Below are positions 1 to 11,364 of a stretch of DNA of 64,000 nucleotides, piece by piece (positions within the stretch are counted from its first letter, which is position 1; every line of letters begins with the position of its first letter). The stretch comes from Lama guanicoe. Taxonomy: Eukaryota. The notes under the pieces are model-generated. The model was not told the origin of the DNA and ran no database searches. It saw nothing but the letters and a program-made list of their open reading frames with translations. The DNA lies in assembly GCA_013239625.1 (NCBI GenBank), contig MU054323.1:19799082-19863081 (forward strand), given 5' to 3'. Made by a program: the position numbers and the translations under genes.

Positions 1-1439
1 GGCCACGAAGGCTGAGGCTCAGAGAGAAGGTCCGCCCTGGACTTCAACCGCACCTCCAGCCTGCCCCTCACACTCACATAGGGCGTAAGTCGGGAGCCAA
101 GGGCTGGAAACGCCAAGTCTAATCAGACCTCACAAGCCCACAGATGGTTTGAATCAGCGTGCTACCTTGATAGGAATAATGAGGAGTCCCGAAGACAGTG
201 TTATGCCAGCTTCATCCGTCTGGACAGAGAACCTCATCTTCCACAAGAATTACGCCACCCCAGGTCCCATCGCCGTCCGAAGCTGGGCAAATCCTTCGTG
301 GGGAAGTCCCCTGGTCCCACATCACACCTGCTCCCCAGCCCCCACCAGCACAACCTCCCATGGATCTTCCAAAATCTCTGGCCCCAGGTTCTGATTTGAC
401 AAACTCTGACTTCCTATGCCTTTCTTGAGGCTGAGAGTAGTTCCTAGGGAGAAATGGGGGACCACGGGTTACACAGCCTGGGCGAGCATTGTGAGGTGGG
501 GTAGATGGGCCTGGATCCAGACAAATGTAGAACCAGACAAATGTCCCACCCACTTCCTGGCAGAATGAGTGTCCTCAGTTTCATTGTTTCATTCATTCAA
601 CATGACATATATCACCATGACATTTCCTTTGATAGGACACCTGACCTAGGGCACCCAAATCTCATAAAACCTGGGGTTAGTCAATCTAGAAAGTCACAGA
701 GTCCCAGGACCAAAACCAGACCTACGATTTAGAAAAATCTCGCCTCTAACTGGGGGAGCCCTTTGGAGCCTCAACCACAGACTGACAGCAGTGGCCCTTC
801 CCTAGGGAAAGCCCTGGGATCTCAAACCCCCATGGGTGGCCCTGTAGCAGGGGCCTGCTTTAATAAAAAATTGGCCCTGCCCTACCCCCTTGCCTAGCAA
901 AACTTAATTTGAAGCTTAAAAAACAATGAAGTTAATTTTTAAAAACCTTTCATTGAGTTCCATGAGACCCCTATTAATTTTATTGTTTCAATAAAGTATT
1001 TATTTAATTGTCTCCAGAAGGGCCCTGTTAAATGCACAGATTACCTGAGTCAGAAGGGAGGGAGCTGGGAGCCTTTTTTCACCCTCTCCCATTAGCACAT
1101 TAGCAGAATTCTATTATTGGATTAGCTGATTGTCACCTTAAAAGTCATAAGTAGGGCCCTAAGGGAGAGACCCAAGGCAGGTAAATTCCTGGGAAGCAGT
1201 TCAGGTCACAGGAAGCAGAAAGCCAGGCTGATGATAAAGAGGCTGGGTTTGGTTAAGACAGAAGGAGACAATTCCTTTCTGCTAATAAGAAAACATTTGT
1301 TATTTAGCCTCTAGCACGAGGCTGATATCCCTGAAAAACATCAGAGGACGAGCACATTACTAAAGGTATGGTGTCCAAACCACAGGAGGGGAAGTTGGCA
1401 TAAGATCTCTGGAATGTTATGTTGAATTGTCCACAGTTG

Positions 1440-1780
1440 TTTAGTACTGAGTACCTGCTGGATGCTGCCACTACTGGGAAATCCGAGCAAAGAGCGGTGA
1501 ACAAAACAAAGACCCCGATCTCATGATGCTTACAGTCTAAAGAGGGGAGAGACTGACAACAAAAAAGTAAAAATACAACAGATGTATCAAGATATTTTCA
1601 GACAACAACAAATGCTCTGTGGACAGAGTAATGTGGCAGAGAGTGGTTAGAGGAGGACTGTCATGAAATGAGATGACATTTTAACCAAGACTTGAATGTA
1701 TGGAGAAGGAGCCACAGGAGGGTGTGAGGGAAGAGCTTTCCTGGAAGAGGGAACAGCAAGTGCAAAGGTCCTGGGGCCCC
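1440..1780 (-). mobile_element. L2 3' fragment
   Basis: tactgagtacctgct...cttacagtcta...gggaacagcaagtgcaaaggtcctg. Confidence 0.7.
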
Positions 1781-2309
1781 ATTTTGAGAGGAACATTATC
1801 AAACGACTAAGTAACTAGAGGAGCATAATCTGGGAGAGGCCCGGAGATTCTCATACACCAAGAATATTTCAAGAAATACCTCAGGACAGAGGCTCATCCT
1901 TCATGTTTGTGCCCCTGGTTATTTGCTTGACATCTAACACAGAGAACGGGTGGTCAATAAATGTAAGATTGAAAGGAGGGAAGGAAGGAGAGGAAGGGGG
2001 AAACAACATTTATAGGGAACGCCATTTAGTCAGGTTATTTTTTTAGTTCAACAGCCAGTTAAGAGAAAGAAGGAGGGGAAAAGCTCATTTTATACACTAG
2101 GTCTTTAATTACCAAGCTAAGGAGGCTCAAGGGAGGAAGGCAGGGGGACATACATCCAGGTCCATCTAGGAGCCAAAGTGTAATTGAAGAAACTGTAATG
2201 GTAATCACTCCCGAAATTATTACAGGCCCTGCTTTAGAGATTACAACATGCTTCTGCATACATTTTCCATTTCTAACAGCCTTATGAAATAAAACAATGT
2301 TAGTCAATA

Positions 2310-2800
2310 TTTGATGAATTACCTATAGACCTTGGCACCATGCTAGGTGATGGGGATATACCTGGAGTAGAAATCAAATAAGGCCCTGCTTTCATGGAGA
2401 ATATAGTCCATTGTAGACAGACTTCAATCAAACGACACAGAGGAAACTACAAACACAATGACCATTGCAATGGCTAGGTACACAGGGGTACAAGAACCCA
2501 TGCCAGGGGTGGTCAGGGAAAGCTTCCTGGAGAAGCTGTCTTAGGAGCTGAGCTCTAAGGATGTGTGGAGTAACTAGGCAAAGAGGGGAGACAAGAGTGT
2601 TCTAAGCAGAGAGTACAGTAAGTTGGGGGAGAGAGCAGAGTGCAAATGAGGAGCAGGGGTGGGTAAGCGGGTCTACAGCAGAGATGGGGAGGCAGAACAT
2701 AGTTAAGAGGGGAGTGGGCGAGGTGGACAAGGCTACAGAAACTATGAAAGAACGTTTGTCTTTGGCCTATAGGAAACTGGGGGCCAAATAAGGTTTTAAA
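2310..2800 (-). mobile_element. L2 fragment
   Basis: atttgatgaattacctat...gctaggtgatgggga...gtcagggaaagcttcctggag. Confidence 0.65.
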
Positions 2801-4544
2801 TTATCTTCAAATACCCGAAGAGCTGTCTTGAGGGATGGTTTAGATTTACTGCAGTCAGATAAGGTCCTGACTCCCTATAAGAAAGTGAGCTTATCCGTCA
2901 TGGGGGTGGGGGACGGTGATAGGCCCGTTCGAATGACAGGAAGGAGCCCTGCTTTGGTCAGGAGATTGAGCAGGATCAGTGACTCCAGCTTTTCCACCAT
3001 TAAGGATCCCTTTTATTCATCCTGTCTGCCTACCAGGGTACATTTATATAACATAATTGCTCCTTCATTTTTCTTAACAACCACTTATCAGCACAAGAGA
3101 CCCAGTGCATGATATTATTCTGGCCACAAGCAAAATGTTTCCCTTGACTGAGCAAACTCCTCATGAAATATTTCCTATAGGTTTCCTGGAATATTGACAA
3201 CAGCTCCCCCCTCCCCAGTACGTTTACAGAGTCCTGAAGATCTTTGGGATTCAGGCTGGGAACTACTCTGATGATCAGACCCAAGGTCTCTTCCAACCAG
3301 AGGACTCTCTGAACCATGAGGTACAGCCTCCATGTCAGGCATTTGGGGAATGAGCAGTGGATGTGAACTAAAGCAGTCAGGGAAAGCTTTCAGGAAAAAG
3401 AAAGTCTTGAGATGGACCTTGAGGGATGGACAAACTTTGGATAGGTCAGAAAGGATGTCATCAGGCAGGAGGAGCAGAGCATGCTAGAAAATTGGTGCAA
3501 CACAGCATCAGGAAGTACTTGTGGATACAAGACCAGAAGAGGTAGGTTGCAACAGACTTTAAACACCAAGCTAAATTATCCTCCAAATGATGGGGAATCA
3601 TCAATGATTTTAGAACAGGAAAATGATGTACTGAAGTGATGTTCTTGGCAGATGTATTTTGTGCCTATACATGCTTTGAGGTGGGAGAAGAACACCAAGG
3701 GGACCCAGTCAACAGACCAGAGAAGAGCCTGGACTGGGGAGGATGGCACTGAGGAAACAAAGGGGCCAATCCAAGAGTTTTTTTTTTTTTTTTAAGCACA
3801 GGATTTAAATTTGAGTTTTGAAGCATCAAAGAGACCGAGGTGTCTCAGAGCCTGCTGGTGCAGAAATGAAACAGTCAACAAGGGAAGCTTGTGGCGGGGA
3901 AGGAGATGATAACTCATGTGGTATCTTGGGGAGTCTTTGCACACGACATCCTTCAGTAGTGGTTACCTCCACAGGTGGGGCCGGAGGGGCAGGCAAGGTG
4001 GCTTTCACATCTTATGATACATAATCTCTCTTAATGAAGGGATTTTGTGTAATTTTTACTTCCTTTTTCGTGCTTTTTGGAATTTTTCAAATAATTATTT
4101 TAATTCCATGCAGACTCCCAGAGTCTCATTAACCCTTCACCAACCATCACTCCTGATTTGTTCCCTCTGCCCCCACAGAGCAGGGGAAGGAGGGGATGAT
4201 TGACAGGGTCTGCCGGGGTCTCTGAAAAACACTTCATGGGGCTTTAGTCTTAGCTCCTGAGACTGCAGTTTTCCCTATGGGGGGTGGGCGGTTCTCCTCA
4301 ATGTACCTCTTTCAGCGTCTCCCTCCTTCTCTCCCCACTGCCCCTGCCCCAGCAGGGCCTGCTTCTGTCCTTTACAGGCTCAGACATCAGCAGACACCCA
4401 CCTTTGAAGCAAGATTGCAGTGCTACGCTTGGAAAAGACTGACCTTGGGGTTTTTACAGCTGAAATCAGCCCAGCCCAGCCCATGAACTAAACCACAGAC
4501 GCAGGACAGAAGACGGAAGACTGCAGCCCTGCCGTCAGAGGCAT

Positions 4545-5075
4545 CTGTGTCCAAATCCCAGCTCTGCCACAAGTTACCTAACCCCTCTATACGTCAATTT
4601 TCTCATCTTGAAAATTGGAGATAATAATAGTATTTATCTCTGAGAGGTATTAAGTGGATTAAATGATGATGAAAGGCATTTAATGAGTGTACCCTATCAT
4701 TAGAATTAATAAGAACAATAAAATAATAAATCTTTACAACCAAACCTCGTTGCTCGGAGGCAAAAATCACCTTAATGAGCTTCCATCTTGGTTCCCACTA
4801 GTGGCATTTATTGGCTCCTCTGCTGCTCCCTTCAGCTGGAACTTCTCACTTCTTCCCAAACCAACAAAGAGCAGAGAGAAGACCTGAAACAGGGCCTGAG
4901 TCTCTGCTCCGTGATTTCACGGTGGTCTGCTCTGCCACTCACGATTTGTGTGATATCAACAGATTCCTTAATCTCATGAGCCTCAATTCCCTCATCTATA
5001 AAACGGGTGTAATAATACTGACCTCACAGTATGTGTCAAGAGGTTAGACAGTTCCCCGCACACAGCAGGCTTTCT
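4545..5075 (+). mobile_element. Two MIR SINE fragments (~4545-4690, ~4925-5075)
   Basis: aatcccagctctgccac; cctcatctataaaacggg..ataata. Confidence 0.7.
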
Positions 5076-6879
5076 GTACGTGACAGCTCTCCATCAGGGC
5101 TCCGGGCAGGGGCCAGCTCTTCCCTGCCCCAGACCCTCCACAGTCTCCTTTGTCCCCCATGGCCTGACGTGAATCTTCCCAATTACACGGTAAGCTTCTT
5201 AGGGCAGTGGCAGGGCCAAGGCCTCTTTAACTGTAAGGAGCCGTCTTCTTCCTGGGCCCGGAGCCAGGCCAGCCTCCTGGGGCAGCTGGGGAAGAAGGAG
5301 AGAATTGTCAGCCTTGTGGAGGTCCAGGGCCAGATGCACAAACCCCACAGCCGCTCTTTCTTCTCCTTTTCTCTCTCCTTTCCAAACCACAGCCCTGAGG
5401 CTGCTCAAAAAACGACTGGTTCTTTCTATTTGACCATGGCCTGGGAGGAAAGTCGCCCCATTGGCTCAGGGTGCATTTGGCTTGGTCAGGGAAGGTGTGA
5501 TTTTTCAGATCCGGTCACCAATGCTCCCATTCCCATCCCTCTCCCTTGCAAAGACCTCCAGACAAAGGCAAAGTCCTCACCTCTACCACCCACTGCCGCC
5601 AGAGTCCACCCATCACCCACTGATCCAATGGACAACTCTCCATCTCTCTACCTGCCTCTCCATCTGCCCAGGGACCAAGGTCCTGGGATTCAGCCCACAC
5701 TGGTCTCCCTCTCTTCAGGGGCCTAAGACAGAGTCTCCATTCTTCCCTGGGTCCATTGCCAAGGTGGCCTCCTCGCTCCTTCCCCTAGGGAAAGGCTCTA
5801 AACAGGTACCTCTCAGCCTTCTCCATCCTCCGCCCCACCACCCCCAGCTCCTCCAGGCAAAGGAAGCAGTGAAGGAAAAGGACACACCTCCCAGCCAGCC
5901 AGGAAAAGGAGAGAAAGAGAAGCTGCCATCGAGCATCTCTCTGGGTTGGTGGGTGAGGCTGAGCAGGAGGGAGGAGAGAGGAAGAGAGGCTGGCTCAGAG
6001 GGAAGACTCTGGATCTGGAGGCCCTGACAGACAGAGACTAGTCTGGGCAGGGAGAGCTCTGAGCCCAGTGGGCCTTTTGGTTTCTGGGGTCCTGGAGGGC
6101 CTCACCCTCTGACAGGGTCATGGAGCCAAAACGGCTCACGATCCCATCCTGAGACCCACAGAGAGGAACTAAGCTCTTTTCCAGAAACGGGTGGAAAGAT
6201 CTCTCCTGAGCCTCGGCTGTCTCTGTCTTTGTCTGACTACCCTTCGCAGGATTCAGGGGGCTTTGTCTCTGACTCCGTGTTTCTGCATCTTTGCCTCTCT
6301 CTCTCTCTCTTTCTCTTTCTCTGCCCCCCATCTCTGTCTCAGATCATTTCTTGGGGACTCTGCCTTGGGGCTCCCGCTCTCCAGTGTGTAGGAAACCTGA
6401 CCTTCATCATCTGTTTTTTATATTTTGGAAACGTCAGCTTCACTTCCTACCTGAGGGAAGTGGGGGTGGGGGAGCAGGCCGCCTGACTCCACCCCTTTCC
6501 CTGTACCCTCTCCTTTTCTGAATCCATCCCCTCCCCCAGCTCCTTGCCCCAGGGAGGACAGACCGAAGCCTTCCCTGCCATGGGTCACTGTGGCTTTGGA
6601 ATGGTCTTCCCTCTGCAGTTCACCGCGGGGTGGGGAGGCAAGGAGGCCTCTTCCGATCGACCGCTGGTTTGTTGATTTGGGAAAAAGTGAAAATTCCAGA
6701 CACAGAGAGAGCCCAAGAGGCTGGGAGATTTCACCAGTGGAAACCAGGATGGAAAGTAAAGCCATTTCTGCCTCTAGGCAGAGCTAGTTAGTTGTCTAAC
6801 ATGTTGTCACTGATGTTTGTTTAATGTTATCATATTGCATTATACATGTGTGTTATAGCTACAGACTCCACACACCGAG

Positions 6880-7075
6880 GGCTTAGCCTGTGCCGGGCAC
6901 TTTATATGTCTTCACATTTCATCCACTCAACTTTACAAGGAAGGTGCTATTTTTATCCCCCATTTTCCTCAGGAGAAAATGAATACATAGAGAGGTTAAC
7001 TAACTCACCCAGAGTAACTCAATTAATGAAATTTGAACCCCAGTTTCTTGGACTCCAAGTCCCAAGCCCTTTGCT
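6880..7075 (-). mobile_element. MIR SINE
   Basis: ttatccccattttc...agagaggttaactaactcaccca...atttgaacccc. Confidence 0.75.
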
Positions 7076-10000
7076 CTACCTCCAGGTTCCCAAGACCTGA
7101 GAAATGTATTTTGTACATTTCCTTTTAAAGAAAATAAACCACAGAATTCTGAGACTAGGTCTTCAAGATCTCAGAGACCCATACATCCCAGCTGGAGAAG
7201 CACTCTCTGTAACTCACTACTTTCTGGGACACCTTGAAGAACCAGCTAGCAAAGATTACGTGGAAAGGCTACAAGTGGGCATTTCAGGAAGAGGAACTGG
7301 GAAGGCCACTGGGGAAAACGCTAATGATGGCTGCAAGTCAGGAGACTGTGCAGGCAGCAGCAGGACGGGGTGCATCTAGCTCTGTGCAGGGAAAGGGCTA
7401 GGTGGAGGGCTGGGGCCAGTTTCCAGAGAGCTGAAGGCTGCAGTTTGGTTTATTCTCCAGGTTTTTGAGCAGCAGAGTGATACTCCAAAAGAGGTATTTT
7501 GAGACCTGAGATGGAGGGAAAAGGTAGACAATAAAGAGAGCTGAGGAGAGGTTGGTACTACAATCCTGGCAGATTAGGACGACCTGACAAAACATGCAGA
7601 AAGGGGGTATCTAAAAGAAAAATTTAGTATTTTGGAGTTAAGGCCCTGTGCCTCCTCCGGAAGGACTGCTGTTCAAGTTTGGGGGGGGGTGTTGTAGACA
7701 GAGAGGGGAAGATGGAAAACTTGGTGTGTCTGCAGCATGGAGCCCTCGCACTGGCAGACCCCGGTCTGAGCGCTGCTGTGGCCCCAAGTGAGAGCTGCAG
7801 GAGGGTTCTACTATGGGGACAGCACTCAGGGCTCTGAGCTGGACACTGGCCTGAGGGCTTTGGCCTGGGAGGCCCAGGCTACTGGCCCTGCCAGGTCTTG
7901 GGGCAGAATGGATGGACACACTGTAGGTCTGGATCCTGAAGCACGCTTTTGTGTCTGTTCCAGTTATTTGAAATGATGATTCCACTCCTTGGGTGGCAAA
8001 AAAAAAAAAAAGCAAACAAGCAAAATTTGGTTAAGAATTCAAGAAACTGCCAATTCAGAAACTCTAATCTGTTCAAAAAGTTCAATCCCTTTTTTTCAGA
8101 GGCCAAAAAACTATTTCCATCAAAGATTGTATATGTCTGCATGTCTGAGAGCTGGTGAGGGAGACAGAGTGAGTGTGAGAATGAGAGTTGAAATGCCTTT
8201 GTTCCCGTGTGCAAGGCCACCGCTCCGTGGGCTCATGTGTATGCATTGTATGTACGTACATTCAGGCCTGTTTCTCAGGCCCTGTGTGCATCGAACTTTC
8301 AAACCATAACAGAAACACTGAAGCTTGGCAAAGATATCACAGGAATAATTATCTAATTTCAGAACATGTTATTATAATACCTACACGATGTGTAACGAAC
8401 TTAACAATGTTCACGTTATATTTACCAACTCTGAGTTACAGATCCACAATGCTATATCCTATCCCAAAGGCTTCTCCAAGACCCTAGAACAGAGCAGGCC
8501 CCAAAGAAAGCTCTTTAAGGAATCCCCCCACACACACACACACACAATGGCTTCCTCTTGGATGAGGAGGTTTGGCTAATAGATATGAGGAGGTCTCTGG
8601 AAGTAGGACAGAGCCTATCATGGGATGGCAACTCTGTCCTCCAGGAATCCCCATTTCTCCCCAGCAGAGGAGCCCGTGGAACTGGTAAGGGAACAGCCAT
8701 ATTGGGGTCACAGAAGCAGCCAGACTTTCTCTGCCTCAGCTGTGGGCCAGGGGGCCTCATGATCTGCGAGACTCCCCTTTTCCCCAGAGGGCTGGATTGG
8801 ACTGTGGCTGAGTGTAAGGGGAATGTTTGCTGTTTGCTGCTGCTCCCTGTTGACTTTAGCCAGTAGCTCTGTTTACAAACCCAGGTTGGTTTTCCCAGCA
8901 CAGTTAATTAGACCAAAGACATCTGGTGTGAGGGCTGGGGAGGGCATCTGCTCAGAGCCTTCCCCCAACACCCAGCAGCCAAGGGCCAGCACAGGGCAGA
9001 GCAGCTAAACAGGACCAGACCAAACTCCCCCAAACCCAAGGTCCTCAAGAGAATCGTGGCTTCTCTCACATGCTTGCTAAGTTAGACTGGTCCCCAACCC
9101 TCCAAGTCTCAGGGGACCCCAGGAGTCAGGGCTGGACACCCCTGCGTCAGTGGGGCTGACTACAGGCTGGAGATCAAGGACTCAGCGCTCTCCTCTGTCC
9201 TTGAAGGTCCGAAAAACCAGGCAGAGATTCCTGTCCCCTCTCTCATCACAGAGATTGCACTCTGCAGGGAGGACAGAACTCTTCAGCCTCCTGGAGGGAA
9301 GATTTTCTAGGCCCTCCACCTCTTCCCTGCCTCCTCTCCAGCCAATCTCTGACACTGCGGGGAGGAAAGAGATTAACCAGTAGAGGACAAGAGGGAGGCC
9401 GGAAGGTGCTAAGGAAGGTGGAAAGGTCTAGGTGGACAATTCCAGGGCAGTAAGGAAGAGAAGCAGTGGGGGGCGGGGGGGGGGCGGCGGCTTATCTCTC
9501 CCAGGAGGGGGGAGTTCACTACAAACAGCTAATGCACTGGCGTGTGAAAGCTCCTCAATTAGCACTAATGATGCAATCAGGGAGGGAGGAGGAGGGGCCA
9601 GAAGTTCTGGTGGAGTCAGCACCTACTTACACACAGGGTACACATTCCTTTCTTTGGACACAGTGGCCCCTTCAGACACACTAATGCACACACTCCACAA
9701 TCTGGACCACGCACGTCCGTGGGTACAAATGCAGTCTTTGCACAGACTACTAGCACGCATATGGTTGGTGATCTGCTGCTGACCGCGTCTGATTGTAAGG
9801 GTCCTGGGAAGAGGGGCTTCAGGGACAAGGAAAATTAGAAATCAAAGACTTGGTAGAGAGGGTTTAAGAGGGCATCTCCGAAAACCTCATGATTTTTCCC
9901 CTGATCCCAGAGTTCCCGTTCCACGCGCGCTCGCAGGTGCCAGCCCCTCAGCGCCAGTCTCCCCCATCCTCCGCCCCCGAATCCGGTACTGGGCGAGAAG

Positions 10001-10503
10001 CCGCCTCCCGCAACCCGATCCGCGCGCCTTCCCTGCTCCCAGTTAGCCCCAAGGCCCCGGGTCCCAGGGAGGGCGCTCTGGGCTCTGGGATCACACGGAT
10101 CCCCAGCACCCTGGACCCAGCTGCTCGTGCCCTCTGGAGCCCGTTACCCTCTGGCCTCGCCCCTTCATCTTCTCCCCAACCCTGCCCAGCAGGCTCCGTT
10201 AGCCGCCTCTGGGTCCCGTTATCCGGCCGCCCCGGCCCCGTTATCCGCCCTTGCTGGGCCCAGAGGCCCCGCGCGTCCCGGGGCCGCTGCCGCCCCCTCC
10301 CTTTCTCCGCGGCCCGAGATCGGGGGCCGCGGGCTGGGCAGGGCCGGAGCCGCCTCTGCGCGGCTTCCCAGGCCCGGACGGCCGCGGGAGGAGGTCCCGC
10401 TGTCAGTCAGCGGGGAAGGCCGGGCCGGGCGGCCGGAGGGGGCGGCGCCGAGGGCCGGCTCGGGCCGGGAGCTGGGAGGCGGAGGCGGAGGGGGCGGGGG
10501 CGG

Positions 10504-10566
10504 NNNNNNNNNNNNNNNNNNNNNNNNNNNNNNNNNNNNNNNNNNNNNNNNNNNNNNNNNNNNNNN
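10504..10566. other. Assembly gap (63 N) within the GC-rich promoter
   Basis: Run of n seen directly. Confidence 0.99.
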
Positions 10567-10605
10567 CCCGCGAGGGCCGGGGCCGGAGTCGGGGCCGCCG
10601 GGGCC

Positions 10606-10665
10606 ATGCGCGCGGGCTGGGCAGGGGGCCGGCGGGTCTCAGAGCGGAGCCGCCTCGGAGCCTGA
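10606..10665 (+). promoter_or_regulatory. Upstream ORF (19 aa, MRAGWAGGRRVSERSRLGA) in the probable PKDCC 5' UTR
   Basis: GCCATGC start, TGA at 10663-10665, 60 nt before the main ATG and in the same frame. Confidence 0.6.
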
Positions 10666-10725
10666 GCCTCTCGGGGCCGGGGCCGGGGAGCCGCGCGGGG
10701 CCGGCCGGCCGGGGGGAGGGGAGCG

Positions 10726-11364
10726 ATGCGGCGCCGGCGGGCGGTGGTGGCCGCGGGTTTCTGCGCCTCGTTCCTGCTGGGCTCGGTCCTCAACGTGCTC
10801 TTCGCACCGGGCTCGGAGCCTCCGCGGCCCGGCCAGTCCCCCGGGCCCTCGGCAGCCCCGGGCCCGAGCCGTCGCGGGGGCCGCGGGGAGCTGGCCCGGC
10901 AGATCCGAGCGCGCTACGAGGAGGTGCAGCGCTATTCCCGCGGGGGCCCCGGGCCAGGGGCCGGCCGGCCGGAGCGGCGGCGCCTGGAGGACCTGGCTCC
11001 GGGCGGCCCGGGCCTGCAGCGTCCCCGGCCCCCGCGGGCCCGGCCCCTGCCCGACGGCGCCCCGGGCTGGCCCCCGGCTCCCGGCCCGGGCTCCCCCGGC
11101 CCAGGCCCGCGCCTGGGCTGCGCCGCGCTCCGCAACGTGTCCGGAGCACAGTACGTGGGCTCCGGCTACACCAAGGCCGTGTACCGGGTCCGCCTGCCCG
11201 GCGGCGCCGCGGTGGCGCTCAAGGCGGTGGACTTCAGCGGCCACGATCTGGGCAGCTGCGTGCGCGAGTTCGGGGCGCGGAGGGGCTGCTATCGGCTGGC
11301 GGCCCACAAGCTGCTCAAGGAGATGGTGCTGCTGGAGCGGCTGCGGCACCCCAACGTGCTGCAG
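10726..11364 (+). CDS. PKDCC: PKDCC coding exon 1 ([11 protein letters not shown]...RHPNVLQ)
   Basis: ATG at 10726; donor CAG|GTACGA; 213 codons. Confidence 0.96.

Noticed and set aside
5031..6027. 231-aa and 188-aa ORFs upstream of PKDCC
   Set aside because: The first starts in a MIR; no domain, exon structure or promoter support
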